A DNA stretch of 64,000 nt, from assembly GCA_964187785.1 (NCBI GenBank), contig OZ076413.1:50160001-50224000 (forward strand), given 5' to 3'. The notes under the pieces were generated by a model, which worked only from the letters and a program-made list of their open reading frames with translations, did not search any database and had not been told where the DNA came from. Both the position numbers and the translations under genes were made by a program. Origin of the DNA: Amphiscolops sp. MND2022 (lineage: Eukaryota). The stretch's first letter is position 1; each line of letters opens with the position of its first letter. Shown in pieces: positions 19,796 to 33,001 of the stretch.

Positions 19796-20658
19796 ATGAA
19801 AGGGCCCTCATGTTTCATTGCAGATACTTACTTGGCTCTACTAGTTGCTTTGCTCGTTGCTTCCGTCAACTCCTTTTATCACGTGACCTTGGAGGGCAAC
19901 TGGATCCATGGAGTGGCAGGCCGCATTTTGCCCCCTTTGTGGGCTCTGGAGAAGGACATCTACCCGGTGCTGCCCACCCAATGGAGTTGCCCCTCTAAGA
20001 ACTTCCTCAAGGACCTCTACATAGACATGGATTCCTTCGAGGCAGGGTTTCGAATAAAAAATTATACTTGGTCCTTTAAAAAAATTGGATCAAGTCTGTA
20101 TTCCATTTTTTTTTCGTCAAGAGCAATGATGTAACCCAAAATTGTCCTCTATGCATAAGGCAGTTTCTGCCCTGAGTTTTAGCATCATCCATTCAAAATC
20201 ATGTTCAAAAAAACGCAAAAAATGTAATTTTTTGACGACATTTTTTATAACAATATCATTCGTAAATACTTTTTACTTAGGATTAAGTGATCATTATTAA
20301 AAATCTGCTTTAGAAATTTGATTGAAATGTAAAAATCTCGATTTTTCAAACTCTTGAAATAAGTCTCGGGCAGAATGAACGCTTCTAAATTTTGAATGAC
20401 CAGTAGTTTCTGTTTGTAAATGTTATGTTAAAAGAAGCAATCCTGATCGGGACAATCAATCAATCAATGATTAGCTTGGATAATTTTATAATTTGTTTTT
20501 TTAATCCATCATTTTTAAAAACATTTTCAAAACCTTGCCTCCAGGGCTCGGATCCTCGCGTTTTGGCAGACATCCAGTGCTACAACAACACTTATTACGT
20601 GCTTCTGGGCGAAGACAAACAGATTCAAGGCATATTTCGCTATAATCCCGTTGTTTGA
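19796..20658 (+). CDS. Possible small secreted host protein (two putative exons, ~19796-20045 and 20545-20658)
   Basis: GC-elevated island with ATG and a hydrophobic leader (LALLVALLVASVNS), and a good acceptor CCTTGCCTCCAG ending at 20544. The donor site and phase are unresolved. Confidence 0.35.
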
Positions 20659-21411
20659 ATGTCACTGTATGTCAGTTGAAAATCACAAAGTTCAGATGCA
20701 CAAAATGTTTTTGAGCAATTCGTTGGACTGGTTTCCTATTGCCAGCTGATAATCCTAATTTAGTGATAAATGATAGTCTAGAAAGATAGATAACTGACAA
20801 AGCTGAGCTTTTTTGACATAACTAATGTTCAGGAAATGGAAATTGAGTCTTTTCAACCTAGAACTTTTGCTTGCTAGAAGCCATACTTTGTTTAGCGAAG
20901 GAATGACAAAATTGCAACCAAAAATTATTGTCATTAAAATTTCCGACTTGATAAAAGAAAAACTGGACACTAACTTTTTAAAGAAAGATTGGACAAGTCT
21001 TGGAGCGCCAACTCATTAACCAAAATTGCCAAAATTGAACTGGAAGAAACGCTTCTGATGAGCTCAAAGAGCCCCTAGTTGAGACTGCAGGAACTTTTTA
21101 CATGCTACAGGCCTGCATGCAGGGTAATTGTTTATAAAAGCTAGAAATATCAGTGGTAATTGCGAGGTAAATTTTGTAGAATTACACTGCATTTTCCACT
21201 ACAGCACTTAAATTTGAAAATAAATACCATTTCATCACCCACCGACACGATCACTTTGTATTTACACTTTGTTTTCTCAACTACTCATTTGATGCGATCA
21301 CCGCTTCTCAAATAGGACGCTAAATAAAACTCTTATTTGCAGTTTATTACGTCACTGAAGTTGTTGCGATAGCAATACAAATGAGACGAAATTAAAACAA
21401 ACAAATAATAA

Positions 21412-21482
21412 GACGATTTAGCGTAGTGGTAGTATAGTAGCTTTCCGATCGTAAGCTCGTGGGTTCGATTCCCACAAGTCCG
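21412..21482 (+). repeat. tRNA-derived remnant (SINE head or tRNA pseudogene)
   Basis: A-box-like TAGCGTAGTGGT and B box GGTTCGATTCCC with a T-stem (GTGGG/CCCAC). Acceptor and anticodon stems pair poorly. Confidence 0.5.
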
Positions 21483-21539
21483 AAATATTTTACGTTTAAT
21501 TTAGAGTCTCTAAAATACTCCCGAAAAGGCCTTGCTATT

Positions 21540-24500
21540 CAGAATAAAAAAGTGAGTCTTGGATTTTAACGATTGGTTGAAGGATAAGACGGAAGCAGAC
21601 GAGAGAATGAATGTTTCAACCAAAAAGCCAAAGAACGATGAAAGTGCGCAATCTGTTACTCGTACAAAAACTGGTGCAAAAGTTTTCGCTTCTGATAGTT
21701 CTATTGCGTCATCAACTGGAACTTGACCCAAGTCTGCTCGAGTGCAACTACCTTGTATCGCGTCAAAGAAAACCATCCGTTGTGGCGCTGTCGCGTATTT
21801 CTTGACGGAACGCCTACCGACAAAGCAAAGGTTGTTGCCGAAAACAAACTTTGTTTCTCTTGCCTGAGAGGAAACCATTCTTTCCCACAATGTCCTCAAC
21901 CACGTAAGTGCAACAAAGATGGATATAACAGCACTCATAACACCCTGCTACATGACGCAGAGAGATATTTTCAACCAAGAACAACACCGAAACCGTCCAC
22001 TAACCAAACAACTGGATCGCGTAGCCCTAAAACTACCGTGCATAAAGCAAGAGAATGCTCCGGAGTTTGTTCCGTGACCGATGTGAAAGGACTGCTCCAA
22101 GTAACTGAAGTTGAAGTTCACACTTCGACTAATTCCGCCAAGGCCAGCAGCACTCGTGGATTTCCGAAAAATCTTGCAACAAAGCTTAACCTGAAGGGTA
22201 CACCAACCAAATTAATAGTCCATGGGATAAACTCACAACAAGTTGTTGACACTGAAATAGTTGAGCTCAAGTTGACGCCCGTTCATTCGGGTGGGTCTTG
22301 CTGTACTTTTGATGTCACACCTTACGTCAGAAAAACCTTGCACGTTGGAAATGACGCCATTGATGTCGACCAATTGAAACAACAGTACCCTCACTTGGAG
22401 CCCGTTGCTCTAAGCAAGTATAGTTATGGAGACGTCGAGGTGATACTGGGTCAAGACGTGTTTCACTCAATCCGCCTGTTGGAGTACTTTGAATCCGACA
22501 GAAAAATACACCAATTGCCGTCCGATTACCGTTTGATTGGGTTTTGAGTGGACCATCGCCTTCAACTACAGGACTCGTCTTGACTTGCTTCAAAGCTGTC
22601 ACGCAAAGTGAGACCGACTCCAAGTTGAATGATCAACTTCGGAGTTGGTATGAAATGGAGTCTTTGGCTGCAATGACCCGCCCTCTGCTGCCGATGCTAG
22701 AGCGTCAAAAATATTGCAAGAAACAACATACCATGACGGATGCCGATACCAGGTTGGTATGTTGTGGGCTGATGACGAGAGTAGTCTCCCGAACAACAAC
22801 TTTTCAGCATTAGTGCAGTTGAAATCCCTCGAACACCAGCTCAAACGAATTCCTGACTTGAAAACGAGTTATGCCCAGACCTTTAAGGGTGACTTCGACA
22901 AAGCATACATCGTTCAAGTTGACAAGTCAGACTGTTATAGGCTTGACAACCGGCGTGAGTGGTACCTTCCGCACAAGCCAGTGTTTCACCCTCACAAGCC
23001 AGGAAAAGTACGCTGTGTACTCAATGGTGCAGCGAAATTTCATGGTGTTTCACTAAACAGCAAACTTTTAACTGGACCTGACTTGTTGCAAACGTTAATC
23101 CATGTGCTCATGCGTTTCCGACAACATCCTTACGCCGTATCCGCTGACAACGAGGGAATGTTTTTACAAGTTGGTGTGATTCCTGGAAACCGACCGTCTC
23201 TTCGTTTTCTGTGGCGGGAGGACCCAGCCAAAGACGTTGATGTGTACCAATACGTAAGTCACATTTCCAGTTCGAAGGATTCACCAGCGTGTGCCAACTA
23301 CGCTTTGCAACAGACTGCTCGTGACAACCGAATCCAATTTCTTGAAGCTCCCACCAGTGTCGAAAACAATTTTCACATGGACGATTATCTTGAGTCAAGC
23401 CCCGCCGTCATCAAAGCAACCAAGAAGGCCTTTGAATATTTAGCCCAAGGTGATTTCAACCTAACCAAATTTGTCAGTAATGTTCCATGTTTGGTTAAAA
23501 TCGTCAACCCGAAATATCAACTGCCTACTGAATCAAACGAGAAAGTCTTAGCAACAGATAAAGAGACCTCTCATGTATTGGGTTTGAAATGGAACCATAG
23601 TTGTGACACCTTGTTTGTCAGCAGAGGAACTACACCTGATTTGAATCGACCAGTAACACCGCGGGTTGTCCTTAGTTTAGTGTCCGCAGTGTGTGATCCC
23701 AATGGTCTTGCGGCACCATACCCTGTAACAGCCCGCCTTTTGTTGAAAGACAATTGGCGCCTGAGCGGGCAACAATGGGACAACAATCTGCCTGACGACG
23801 TTAGCAAAAATAGCGAAAAGTTTCTTGAAAGCACCACAGAGCTCCCCAATTTGAGTGAAATAACTAATCCGAGATGATATTTTCGTGGAATCAAAAAAAT
23901 TGTCGAGTTACACGTATTCGGACACAGCTCTCAAGAAGTTTTTTCCGCTGTTGCTTTCCTACGTGCGAGAGTGAGCAGCAACGAAAGGACTGAAACCCAG
24001 TTAGCTTTTATCTTTGGGAAAGCTCGTGTTGCTCTGTTGAAAGCGCTCACAATATCGAAATTGGAACTCCAAGTCGCGCTCTTAAATGCCCGACTGAAGG
24101 ATGAAATTCAACAAGCACTCACAGTACCTGTTGAGCGAACGTTCACGTGGACCGATAGTACAACTGTGCTCCAATGGTTCCATTCCTACGACAAGAAACC
24201 CGTATTTGTTGCCAACAGAGTTGCCGAAGTTCTTGAGTTGACGACAGTTGATAAATGAAACCACGTGCCAACAGCCGACAACCCGGCAGACGCGGGCACC
24301 CGCGGTCTGCCGGTGAACGCCCTTTTTGACAGTTCTTGGCTCAAAGGTCACAAATTCTTGATGACTCCTGATTTGTAGGAGAAAATTGGAATGATCTTTC
24401 TTTAGATGGGGGTCGAAATTTTTGACGTTGATGAATCACTCTATTCAATTCTAGACAGTAATTATAAGGGCACATGACAATTTATTCAAAGATTTCCATT

Positions 24501-27500
24501 ACACTCCAGGGGACATAACTGGTGGGCACTCTTGACAGTTTCGCTAGTTTTCGTTTTGAGTTGAAATTTTCGAACAATGTTGTCCGACCCTGGGTAAACT
24601 TCTGCCACTAGACCCAAGGCCCATAGTCCTCTGGGCGAGTTGTTTTCAAGAATCCACACCACGCGACCTTTCATGATTGGATTTTTGGTCGTATGCCACT
24701 TCGATTGGGGCCTCAGTGTCAGCAAGTACTCTTTCATGAGCCTTGTCCAGAATTGATTGACATTTGACTCGCACCGTCTATTTAGTTGAATGAGTCTCTC
24801 GGTGTTTTTGTTTGCTTCTATTGTTGTCGTTGGGAAGTTGGTGCGTCGTGGGATGATGAATTGGTTGGGTGTGAGGCATTCTATGTCGTTGCTATCTGCT
24901 GAAGCTTTTGTCAGAGGTCTGCTATTCATAATCTCTTCCACTTGTGGCAAATGAAGGTATTGAATGTCTGTTGGGTCCAATTTTGGGTTCCAGACATTGA
25001 GTAGAGGATTCTCTTCGCTATTCTGATCAGGCGTTCCAGGGGGTATAAATTTCCAGTCAACTTGTTGGGATCCTAGATTTTCTTCTATCTTTCCCAGATC
25101 CAAGGATTTGGCTGCTGCGTGGAAGGTACTAGCGTTGTCAGATGTTATAATTGTTGGTTTTCCTCGTCGTCCAATGTCAGGTCTTCAACAACTTCGAAGT
25201 GTACTGCTCTTGTTTTGAAACAGGTAAAAATGCAGACGAAATGGCTGGTGCGTTGATTTCTTTGATATACAGGAAAGGGTCCAAAAAACTCCATTCCAAT
25301 GTCTTCAAAAGCTGCAGGTGTTTTCGGGAATCTAAATTCCGACTGGTCACCACATTGGGTTGACTAGGTAGTTGTTGTTGGCGCTTGCAGATGAAACAGT
25401 TGTAGATTACTTGTTTGAGTGTGGTTGTCAAAGTCGGTCATCCAGTGTTCTTGTTGCAGTATTACTCCCATGCGTTTTAGTCCAACGTGTCCTTCATCTT
25501 CCTGTATGTGCTGTATGTAGAGTCGTATGATGTAATGTTTGACATCCACTATTTGAGGGTTTTTATTCGAAAGTTGATTTGGGCTTTTTGAAGTCGGCTG
25601 AGTGATCGAAGTGTTCCTTGTTGATCGAGATATGGGTTGAAGTTGACAATCTTGCTTCGTGCTTGTGTTCTTTGGGTGTTCTTGATGTCTTCTTGAAAGT
25701 TTTCATTTTGTGCGACTCTGAAAAAATTGTTTTTACTCCGTTGATAACGTTCTTTTACTGTAGATAATCGTCGTTTCGCAAGATTCATTGTCTTCAGAAT
25801 TTAGAAGGTAGTTCAAAGCAGTCTTTCCCACGTTGAGAATCGTTTGTAGTCCACAAAGGTATGCGGTGGGTTGCAGATTAGGTTGTAGGTTTGTATGTCG
25901 TCTGTTTCTGATGTCGGTCTATTCTCTAGGGTACTGGTTGTGTTTTCTTCGAGGCCATAATTGTGGAGGCAACTTGAGAAAAGCCGGTCCATTCATCCAT
26001 TGGGAGTACTTAAGTTCTGTTGTCTTGATTCCTTGGGTTCCTTCGTCGGCTGGATTGTGTTTTGTAGGTACGTATTTCCAATTATCTATAGCTGTAGTGT
26101 GTCGTAATTCGTGTAGTCGATTGGCAAAATACGTTTCCTGTCGGTTGTTAATGTTGTATATCCAATGTAAGACAACTGTGCTGTCAGTCCAGTGCGTGAT
26201 CTTTGAGATTGACAGGGTCGTGTTTTTATGAATGCTATTTGCATTCGGCTTGAGTAGACGGCTACTTGTAGTTCCAGCTTCGGAATGATCTGTGGTTTCA
26301 GTGGGTGACTCTGGTATTTGCTATGACGAATGTCGTATGGTAGACTGTTTTGTGTGCCAATTGGATGAAAATGACTGTGGCGAGGACATGAGTTGTGGCA
26401 TCGCAGAAGACGTGTAGTTCTATTGGCTGAGCGGTTGGCAGATTGTAATATCGAGGGATCTTTGTTTCATTCGAATGTGCTGTATTAGTGGTCCAGTCCA
26501 TGACAATTTGTTGAAGGTCTTCGGGTAGTTCTTCGTCCCAGTGTTGTCCGCTTTGCTATATCTCTTGTAACTTTATCTTCATGACAATTGTGACAGGTGC
26601 TGTTATTCCCAGTGTGTCAAAAAGTCGTGAAATGAGTCCTAACAGTTTGCGTTGAGTCCATTTCTGGAGTAGGTCTGTGTTGTGTTTGTTTATGTAAGCT
26701 GCAAACATGTCGGTGAGTGGGAACCAGGAAACTCCCAGTACCTTTTGCCTGCTGTTCTTTGTGAAGATTTCGTTTTTCTCGTTGTTAGAAGGCTTTCATC
26801 CAGTTCACTGCAGATAGTTCGGGAATTGATACACCACTTCATAAGATTGAAGGAGTGGCTCCCTAAAACGTGTCTTAATCGTTGATGTAGTTGTAGTGCT
26901 TCTTCGGTTGATCCAACGGATATCCCAAAATTGTCCAGGTAGAAGTCGGTTATCACGGTGTCGATAATATCTGGATAATTCTTTGGGTTGTGTCTGGCTG
27001 CTTGTTGTAAAGCGTAGATAGCGCAAGCGGGTGAATCTCTGGCACCAAATATGTTGCTTTGGTATCTCGAATTCCTTCTGTGGTTTGTTGAAGTCGTCGT
27101 TCCACAAAATTTGCAAGACATTGCGATCTTCTTTTCGGACTCCAGCTCGCAAGAAAAAACCTTCTATGTTCTCGGTGATGAGTATTGGCTTCTCGCGACT
27201 GCGTAGTATGATTCCAACTAGGTCGTTCAGTAGGTCATGTCGAGGTAGTTGATGATCGTTGAGGCATGCTCGATTGAAGACAGCGGCGGCGTTGGCAATG
27301 CGGCGAATCTTTTCAGGTTTCGCCGGGCTGACTGTTCCATAGTGTGGTAGAAACCGCTTGGTGTTGTCTTCCTCTTGTTCTTCGTTGATTTCTTTAATGT
27401 ATCCTTTATTTAAGTTTTTCTGTATTTCTTTTCTGTAGAGCTGCGAGCTCCGCTAGTTCGTCATCTTCTTTGAGTTTCGTCTGTAGGGACTTCAAATGGT

Positions 27501-30500
27501 TTTCGGCATTAATGCGATTGTTTGGCAGTTCCTCAGTTGACTTCCAGAGGAGTTCTGTTTCGAATCGTCCGTCATCTGTTTTACGGCGAGTGTCTGCGAG
27601 TCTTTTCAGTGCTTTGTCTTCGTCGTTAGTCGTTGGGTCTTCGGGTGCTGCTCTGGGTCCATATGATTCCACGTCCCACCAACGTTTGACATCTTCAAAC
27701 AGCTGTTGGTCGTGGCTTTCACATGTTTGGCAAAAGTAGACATCTTTCGGTGGTGTAGAATGCTGACTCGGTCAAGCGACTGTCCACCCAAGGCGGCTTC
27801 TGACGGCAATGGGTTGCTCTGTGCTTCCTTCTCGAATTTCTCTAGCCATAATGAGAGCATACATGTCGCATCCAAGTAGTGCTTCTACGTTCAAGGCAAT
27901 TGGATGTCTCTGAGATGTCCATATTTGTCGACTATCTGTTTGGGGTGTTCTTTAACTGTTGGCAGTTGGTCGTTGTCGACTAGGTAGACACTTCTCCATT
28001 TATGTGTTTCTCTGTTTTCGATATCAGATAGTTGTAGATCAACTAAAGTACTGTTGATTGTCTGTGTTGCGGTGAATTCTTTAAACTTCAGTGTCGTTGT
28101 TTTCTTTGGGATGAGTTTCAGCTTTTCTTCTATGTTCTTTGTGATGAAGCTTGACGTCCTTCCGCTGTCAAGTAGAGCATACACTGCTGTAGAGTGGTGT
28201 TGATTGTGCAGGTTAATTGGTAGAATCTGCAATATGGCTGCTGGTTGATGTGTCTCTGTTCTGTAGTTTTCGGCTTCTGTGTTCCTTTGAAGGCCGTTGT
28301 TCGTCGATTTTTTTGTGTCACGTGAACTGATGCGGTTTTACCTCAGTGGCTCGGGCTTTTGTTATGAGATGCTTCCGGTTGCTGGTTTCTATTGTTTGTT
28401 CTCAATCCTTGTCTTCCGGTGAGGTGTAATGAGTTACCGGTTATCTGGAAGTCTCTATGAAATAAAGTGGTGTGTCGTTTATTGCAGTTGTTATGTTGAC
28501 AGTTCTTCTTTGAAGGGCAGTTCGTGATCCGGTGGTCTTTGTTCAGGCAGTTAAAACAGAGACCACAGTTTCTTGTAGTCATATGTCTCTCTTCCAGGCT
28601 CTGTGCGATGAAATTTGGGCATTTGAAAATTTGGTGTTGTCCATCTCCTAGAGGGCAGTTTCTTGATTGACTTGTTGATTCTTTGCTGTTGATGGTCTGT
28701 GTTGTGAATGTCTGTAGTGTATGTAGTTGTTGGTTATCATTGTCTTCTAGTAGCTCGTATGCTTCTGCTGACGGTTCAAACCAATCTCAGATGGTAATCA
28801 AATTTGGTCGGTCGATGCGGCGGGTGGCGATGTCTTGTTACCATTGTAAAGGATCTGAGGTGGGTAATTTCTTGTAGGCATGTCGCAAGTTTGTTGTTGA
28901 TTCCAGGTCAGATGTGTGTTCTAAGTGCTGCAGGTTGTGGATCATTCCTTTGATGAACGTTGTGTAGTTGATGAATGATTCAGGGTTACCTTTGATTGGT
29001 GGTTGGTGGTCCAAGAGTTGTTGTATGTACGCATTGACAATTGTCGTTGCTTTTCCAATTTTTCCTTCGAGTTCTTGCAGGGCATCATTGTAGAATTGTC
29101 CGTTGCAGTGGAAATGAAGAATGACGTATTTTGCTTTTCTTGTTACTAATTCTTGTAGATACGCGATCTTCTGGCTTTATCTGAGTGGCGTGTTGCCGAT
29201 CATGAAGTCAAAGCGATTTCTCCAATCAGACCACTGTAGAGGGTCCCCAGTGTAGGGTTCAATGTTCATCTTTGGCAGTGTGATCAACTATTGTCCAAAT
29301 GTCAGATCAAATGGTATTCCTTAGTGATCTGCGGTGGCATTCGTAGCTGTATGGACTGCGGATGCTGCTGGCAGTGACCCTTGTTGATCCTCTTGGTTGT
29401 CTGCTGCATTTGCTTGATGATTGTTGACAGTCTCTGGGGTCGAGTTGCTGTTGTCCGGTTGGGTCTGCTGTCGTCTGTGATCTTCATCATCGTTGGTTGC
29501 ATCGAAACTGAGATTGGCTGCACGTCCTGTTTGAGTGTTAGCGACGCCGGGTTGTTGATTAGCTGTCATGATTTGAAAGGTGGACGCTGGCGTTATGTTC
29601 GCCTGTGTTTCACTGACGTGCATACCTTTCTGCGCGAGGTCATGGACTTGTGAATGAAATTGCGAGAGCTGGTCAATCAGTTCGGTTTGTTCTCCTGCTG
29701 GGGTTTCGTCGATTGCCTTCATAAGTTTTCACTTCTAAGACTTCAAGTCTTAGTTGTACTGTGTTTTTGTAATGGTTAATTGCAGTAATGTTTGGCTTTT
29801 CTGACCCTAATTCTTTGGAAAAACTGTTTACAGCTGACTCCATTTTAGTTTTTGTAATGTGAAGTTTTGCTTTTTGTGGCGTTTGACTTGTTCGGGGGCT
29901 TGTTAATTCAAAATTGTCGGAGGGGTCACCAAAAATGTAGAAGAAAAATGGAATGACATTACTTTAAATGGGGGTCGAAACTCTTGACGTTGATGAATCA
30001 CTTTATTCAAATCTAGACAACGATTTTGATGGCACGTGACAAATTATTCATTTATTTCCAATACATGATTGGCCTTTCCAGCCGTCTGAAGAGATCTTGA
30101 AAACTATATTGAAGAACTTTGATCCCAATGAAATGAACACCGACCCAGTCTACGATGAGACAACAGCAATTACCGAGAGTAAAACTTCCTAACTCTTGAG
30201 TGGCAAATGTACAGCTCGTACGAGAAACATTTGCACATTTTTGCCTTCATTTTGCGTATTTCGCCGAAAATCTCTGGTAACAGAACTAAAACAGGAGCAA
30301 TTACTGATCCTGTCGAGCTTGAAAGTGCTGAGCAAAAATTGTTCTCCTTTGTACAGTCCGAATCGTTCCCGAACGAAACGAAAAGTCTGCTCAAGTCTTG
30401 TTCATTGAGCAAGCCTTCAGATATAAAAGATTTCTCCGCCTTCACCGGTCCGAACGGCCTCCTCCGTGCTCAAGGTCGAACAAAACATCTGGAAATAGCC

Positions 30501-31222
30501 AACTTTGACGTCAAACACCCTATCTTGCTCGATAGCCGACACCCCGCAGTTCGTTTGTTCTTGGAACATCTTCATGAAAAACACTGCCACCACGGCGTAG
30601 AAAACTTGAGAGCCTTGATCCAACAGATGTTTGCCATTGTCAAACTGCTAACGACATTGAGAACGATCCAAACCAGATGCGTAACATGTCGCAAACGTAA
30701 AGCGGAAACGCTGACCCCGATTATGGCGAATCTGCCAAAAGAAGGCCTGGCCTTTGCAACGCGACCTTTTACAAACACCCGCTTGGAATACTTTGGCCCC
30801 TTCTACGTGTTCGTTAAACGCTTCACAGAGAAACGATGGAGATTTCTCTTCACATGTCTAACAACTCGCGCTGTCCATTTCGCTGTTGTGCCATCAATGG
30901 ACCCCGGCAGTGTCGTCATGGGAATTGAGAGATTTGTTTCCCGTCGGGGCATCCCTTCTGTTATCTTGTCCGACAATGGGACTAATTTCGTTGCGTCAGA
31001 GAAAGAACTCCTCCAGAACGTTCTCAAGTGAAATCAACAGTCAATTGCTGAGTCTATGGTAAAGAAAGTTGTCAGCTGGAAGTTCAATCCTCCTAGTGCC
31101 CCACACCATGGCGGTGTCTGGGAAAGGCTAGTGAGAAGTTTCAAGCATACTTCCTATGCGATACTCGGCAACCGAAGCTTGACTGACGAAATTCTAACAA
31201 CGGTGTTTTGTCTTGTGGAGCA
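21540..31222 (+). mobile_element. Decayed, end-truncated BEL/Pao LTR retrotransposon, split by a nested insertion at 24374-30065
   Basis: Triple-knuckle remnants (LCFSCLRGNHSFPQC), WYLPHKPV, LLTGPDLL, LRFLWR, HMDD, KLELQVA, WTDSTTVL, SDNGTNF, APHHGGVWERLVRS. Many frameshifts and stops. Closely related to 43967-52973. No LTRs found. Confidence 0.92.
24374..30065 (-). mobile_element. Decayed BEL/Pao element nested in the previous one
   Basis: 130-bp LTRs at 24374-24503 and 29936-30065 (~22 mismatches by eye). Perfect TSD TGATT (24369-73, 30066-70). PBS TGGTGACCCC (tRNA-Trp-like). Motifs CFNCLNKDHRITNC, ALLDSG, FGARDSP, ELHVFCDA, NSRPLT, LTPNQF. Removing it restores the host peptide TPD/WPF. 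Confidence 0.93.
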
Positions 31223-33001
31223 TGTTTCAGCAGAATTGATATATAGGAAGTTTTTACGGGATCACAATTGACTATCACGACTTTTTCGACGAATGCTCGA
31301 ATTTTTTGAAACAGTTTTTATAGTCGGCGGTTTGTGAAAAATTTAATTTTCCTTAAAGATTTTTATTTCACAAAAGCGTTTTCGCTTCGTTTGTTTGACG
31401 TTAATAGTGAGAAAAAGCCATTTCAAGCTCAAAAGCCTTTTGATTTTTTGTAACTGTTTGATGGAGATTTTTTTCAAATCGTTTTTTGACATATTGATAC
31501 ATTTTTGCGCTTTTTGAGCTTTAGGCGTGGTGTCGATCTATGCCGTTCCGGACTTGATCCTAACATTTCTGAAATACGAAGCTTTTAACATGGAAAAAAA
31601 GTTCAAACTCACAAACAGAAAACTGCGAGGAAGCAAACTCTTGCAAATCGGTTCTTTAGAGTTCTTAGATATACACGCACTAGGTTACCAAAAAACTAAA
31701 GACAGTCGATTTCGCAAGTCTCAATAAGTTTTTACATATTCAATTGACACAAACGTCCTAGGAGAAAAAATTCTAATATTTTACTCAGAATTACAGGATT
31801 TTTTTGTTTTGAAATCAAACGAAGAGTAACAAAAGTTATAACACTTGGCCTAATTTTGGCTTTTGGAGTTATACAAAATTTATCATTCAATATGTCCAAA
31901 CTCGCTGTTCATCACAAAAAATGTTTTCGTAAAATTTTGTAGCTTTGATTCTAATATCTAACTTTTGACTTCAACGCTTTTCCTGGAAATGATGCTCTAC
32001 TTAAGAACTTACACCACAATGTGATCCCAAATTGCAAAGGTTTCAACTGCTACTCTGTGAAAATATTGTTGCTGCGGAATCACAACAGTTTTTGGCTGTT
32101 TTTCAGTAGAAGTGGTAATTATGAAACTTACAGAACAGCAGCAAGGCTACGAAATACTCAAAAGAGGTTTTTTTCTGTTTTTGAGATGATGCATTAAAAA
32201 ATTTCAAATAACTCCAAGAATGAAAACCAAGGTGGAAAGACCTTTCAAAATTTCAATCCGACTCTCGAATGGACAAAAAAATACCGCTGTAATATTGATC
32301 AAAGTTTGAGAAACTTGCACTTGCGTCTTTTGGGAAAATGAATATATTAATAAGAGGTATTGCGCTCTCATTAGCCAAATCGAGTGTCTATAGCTATTTG
32401 GTACTCTATTGTTTATCGTACAAAAAATGTAAACAAAAAATAAGGACGGTGTATTAGTTTTTTACGTCTTTGAGAACGAAAGCCACGTGAGCAGAGCATC
32501 GAAGAGTCACCATTCTTGTCACTTATTTTCAAGGCGAGATCTCATTACTTTCAAAGATGTTGTTGCATGGATCAGGGGGATGAACGAACTCTGTTCAGTT
32601 TGAATTTTTTGCGAATCGTATATGCGTTTTTAGTCGGCGCATTTTAGTAGAAAATGTGCCCGACTCTTACAGTGGTTAGTTTTTTTAACTGGTATAAGGT
32701 CCACTTTTTTGTTCATTTGTTCAACAACTTGAACTACGACGGAGGTTCAAAACACTCGAACCTAAGAAGCGCGTCCAAAACGAAAAGAAAAAAAAACAAA
32801 ACACGTCCAGAACCTCGAAAACACACTAAGGATCCCCCCTTAGCCCCACTTTTTTTCGGTACTATGCGACTTTTTTCCGAATTTTTCTTTGTTTCAACAA
32901 AGGCTCCCCCTTCAATTTTTGACATTTCCTCCGCTTCCAATTATTTCTTTTTCAGGTACGTTCTTTGTTTTTGTGCCCGAAGCCTGTCAGGTAAAATCGG
33001 T

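Noticed and set aside
21045..21085. CTGATGAGCTCAAAGAGC as a hammerhead core
   Set aside because: No GAAA after the stem (CCCT follows); at best a decayed core.
21412..21482. Functional tRNA gene
   Set aside because: Only the A/B boxes and T-arm are good; the cloverleaf does not close.
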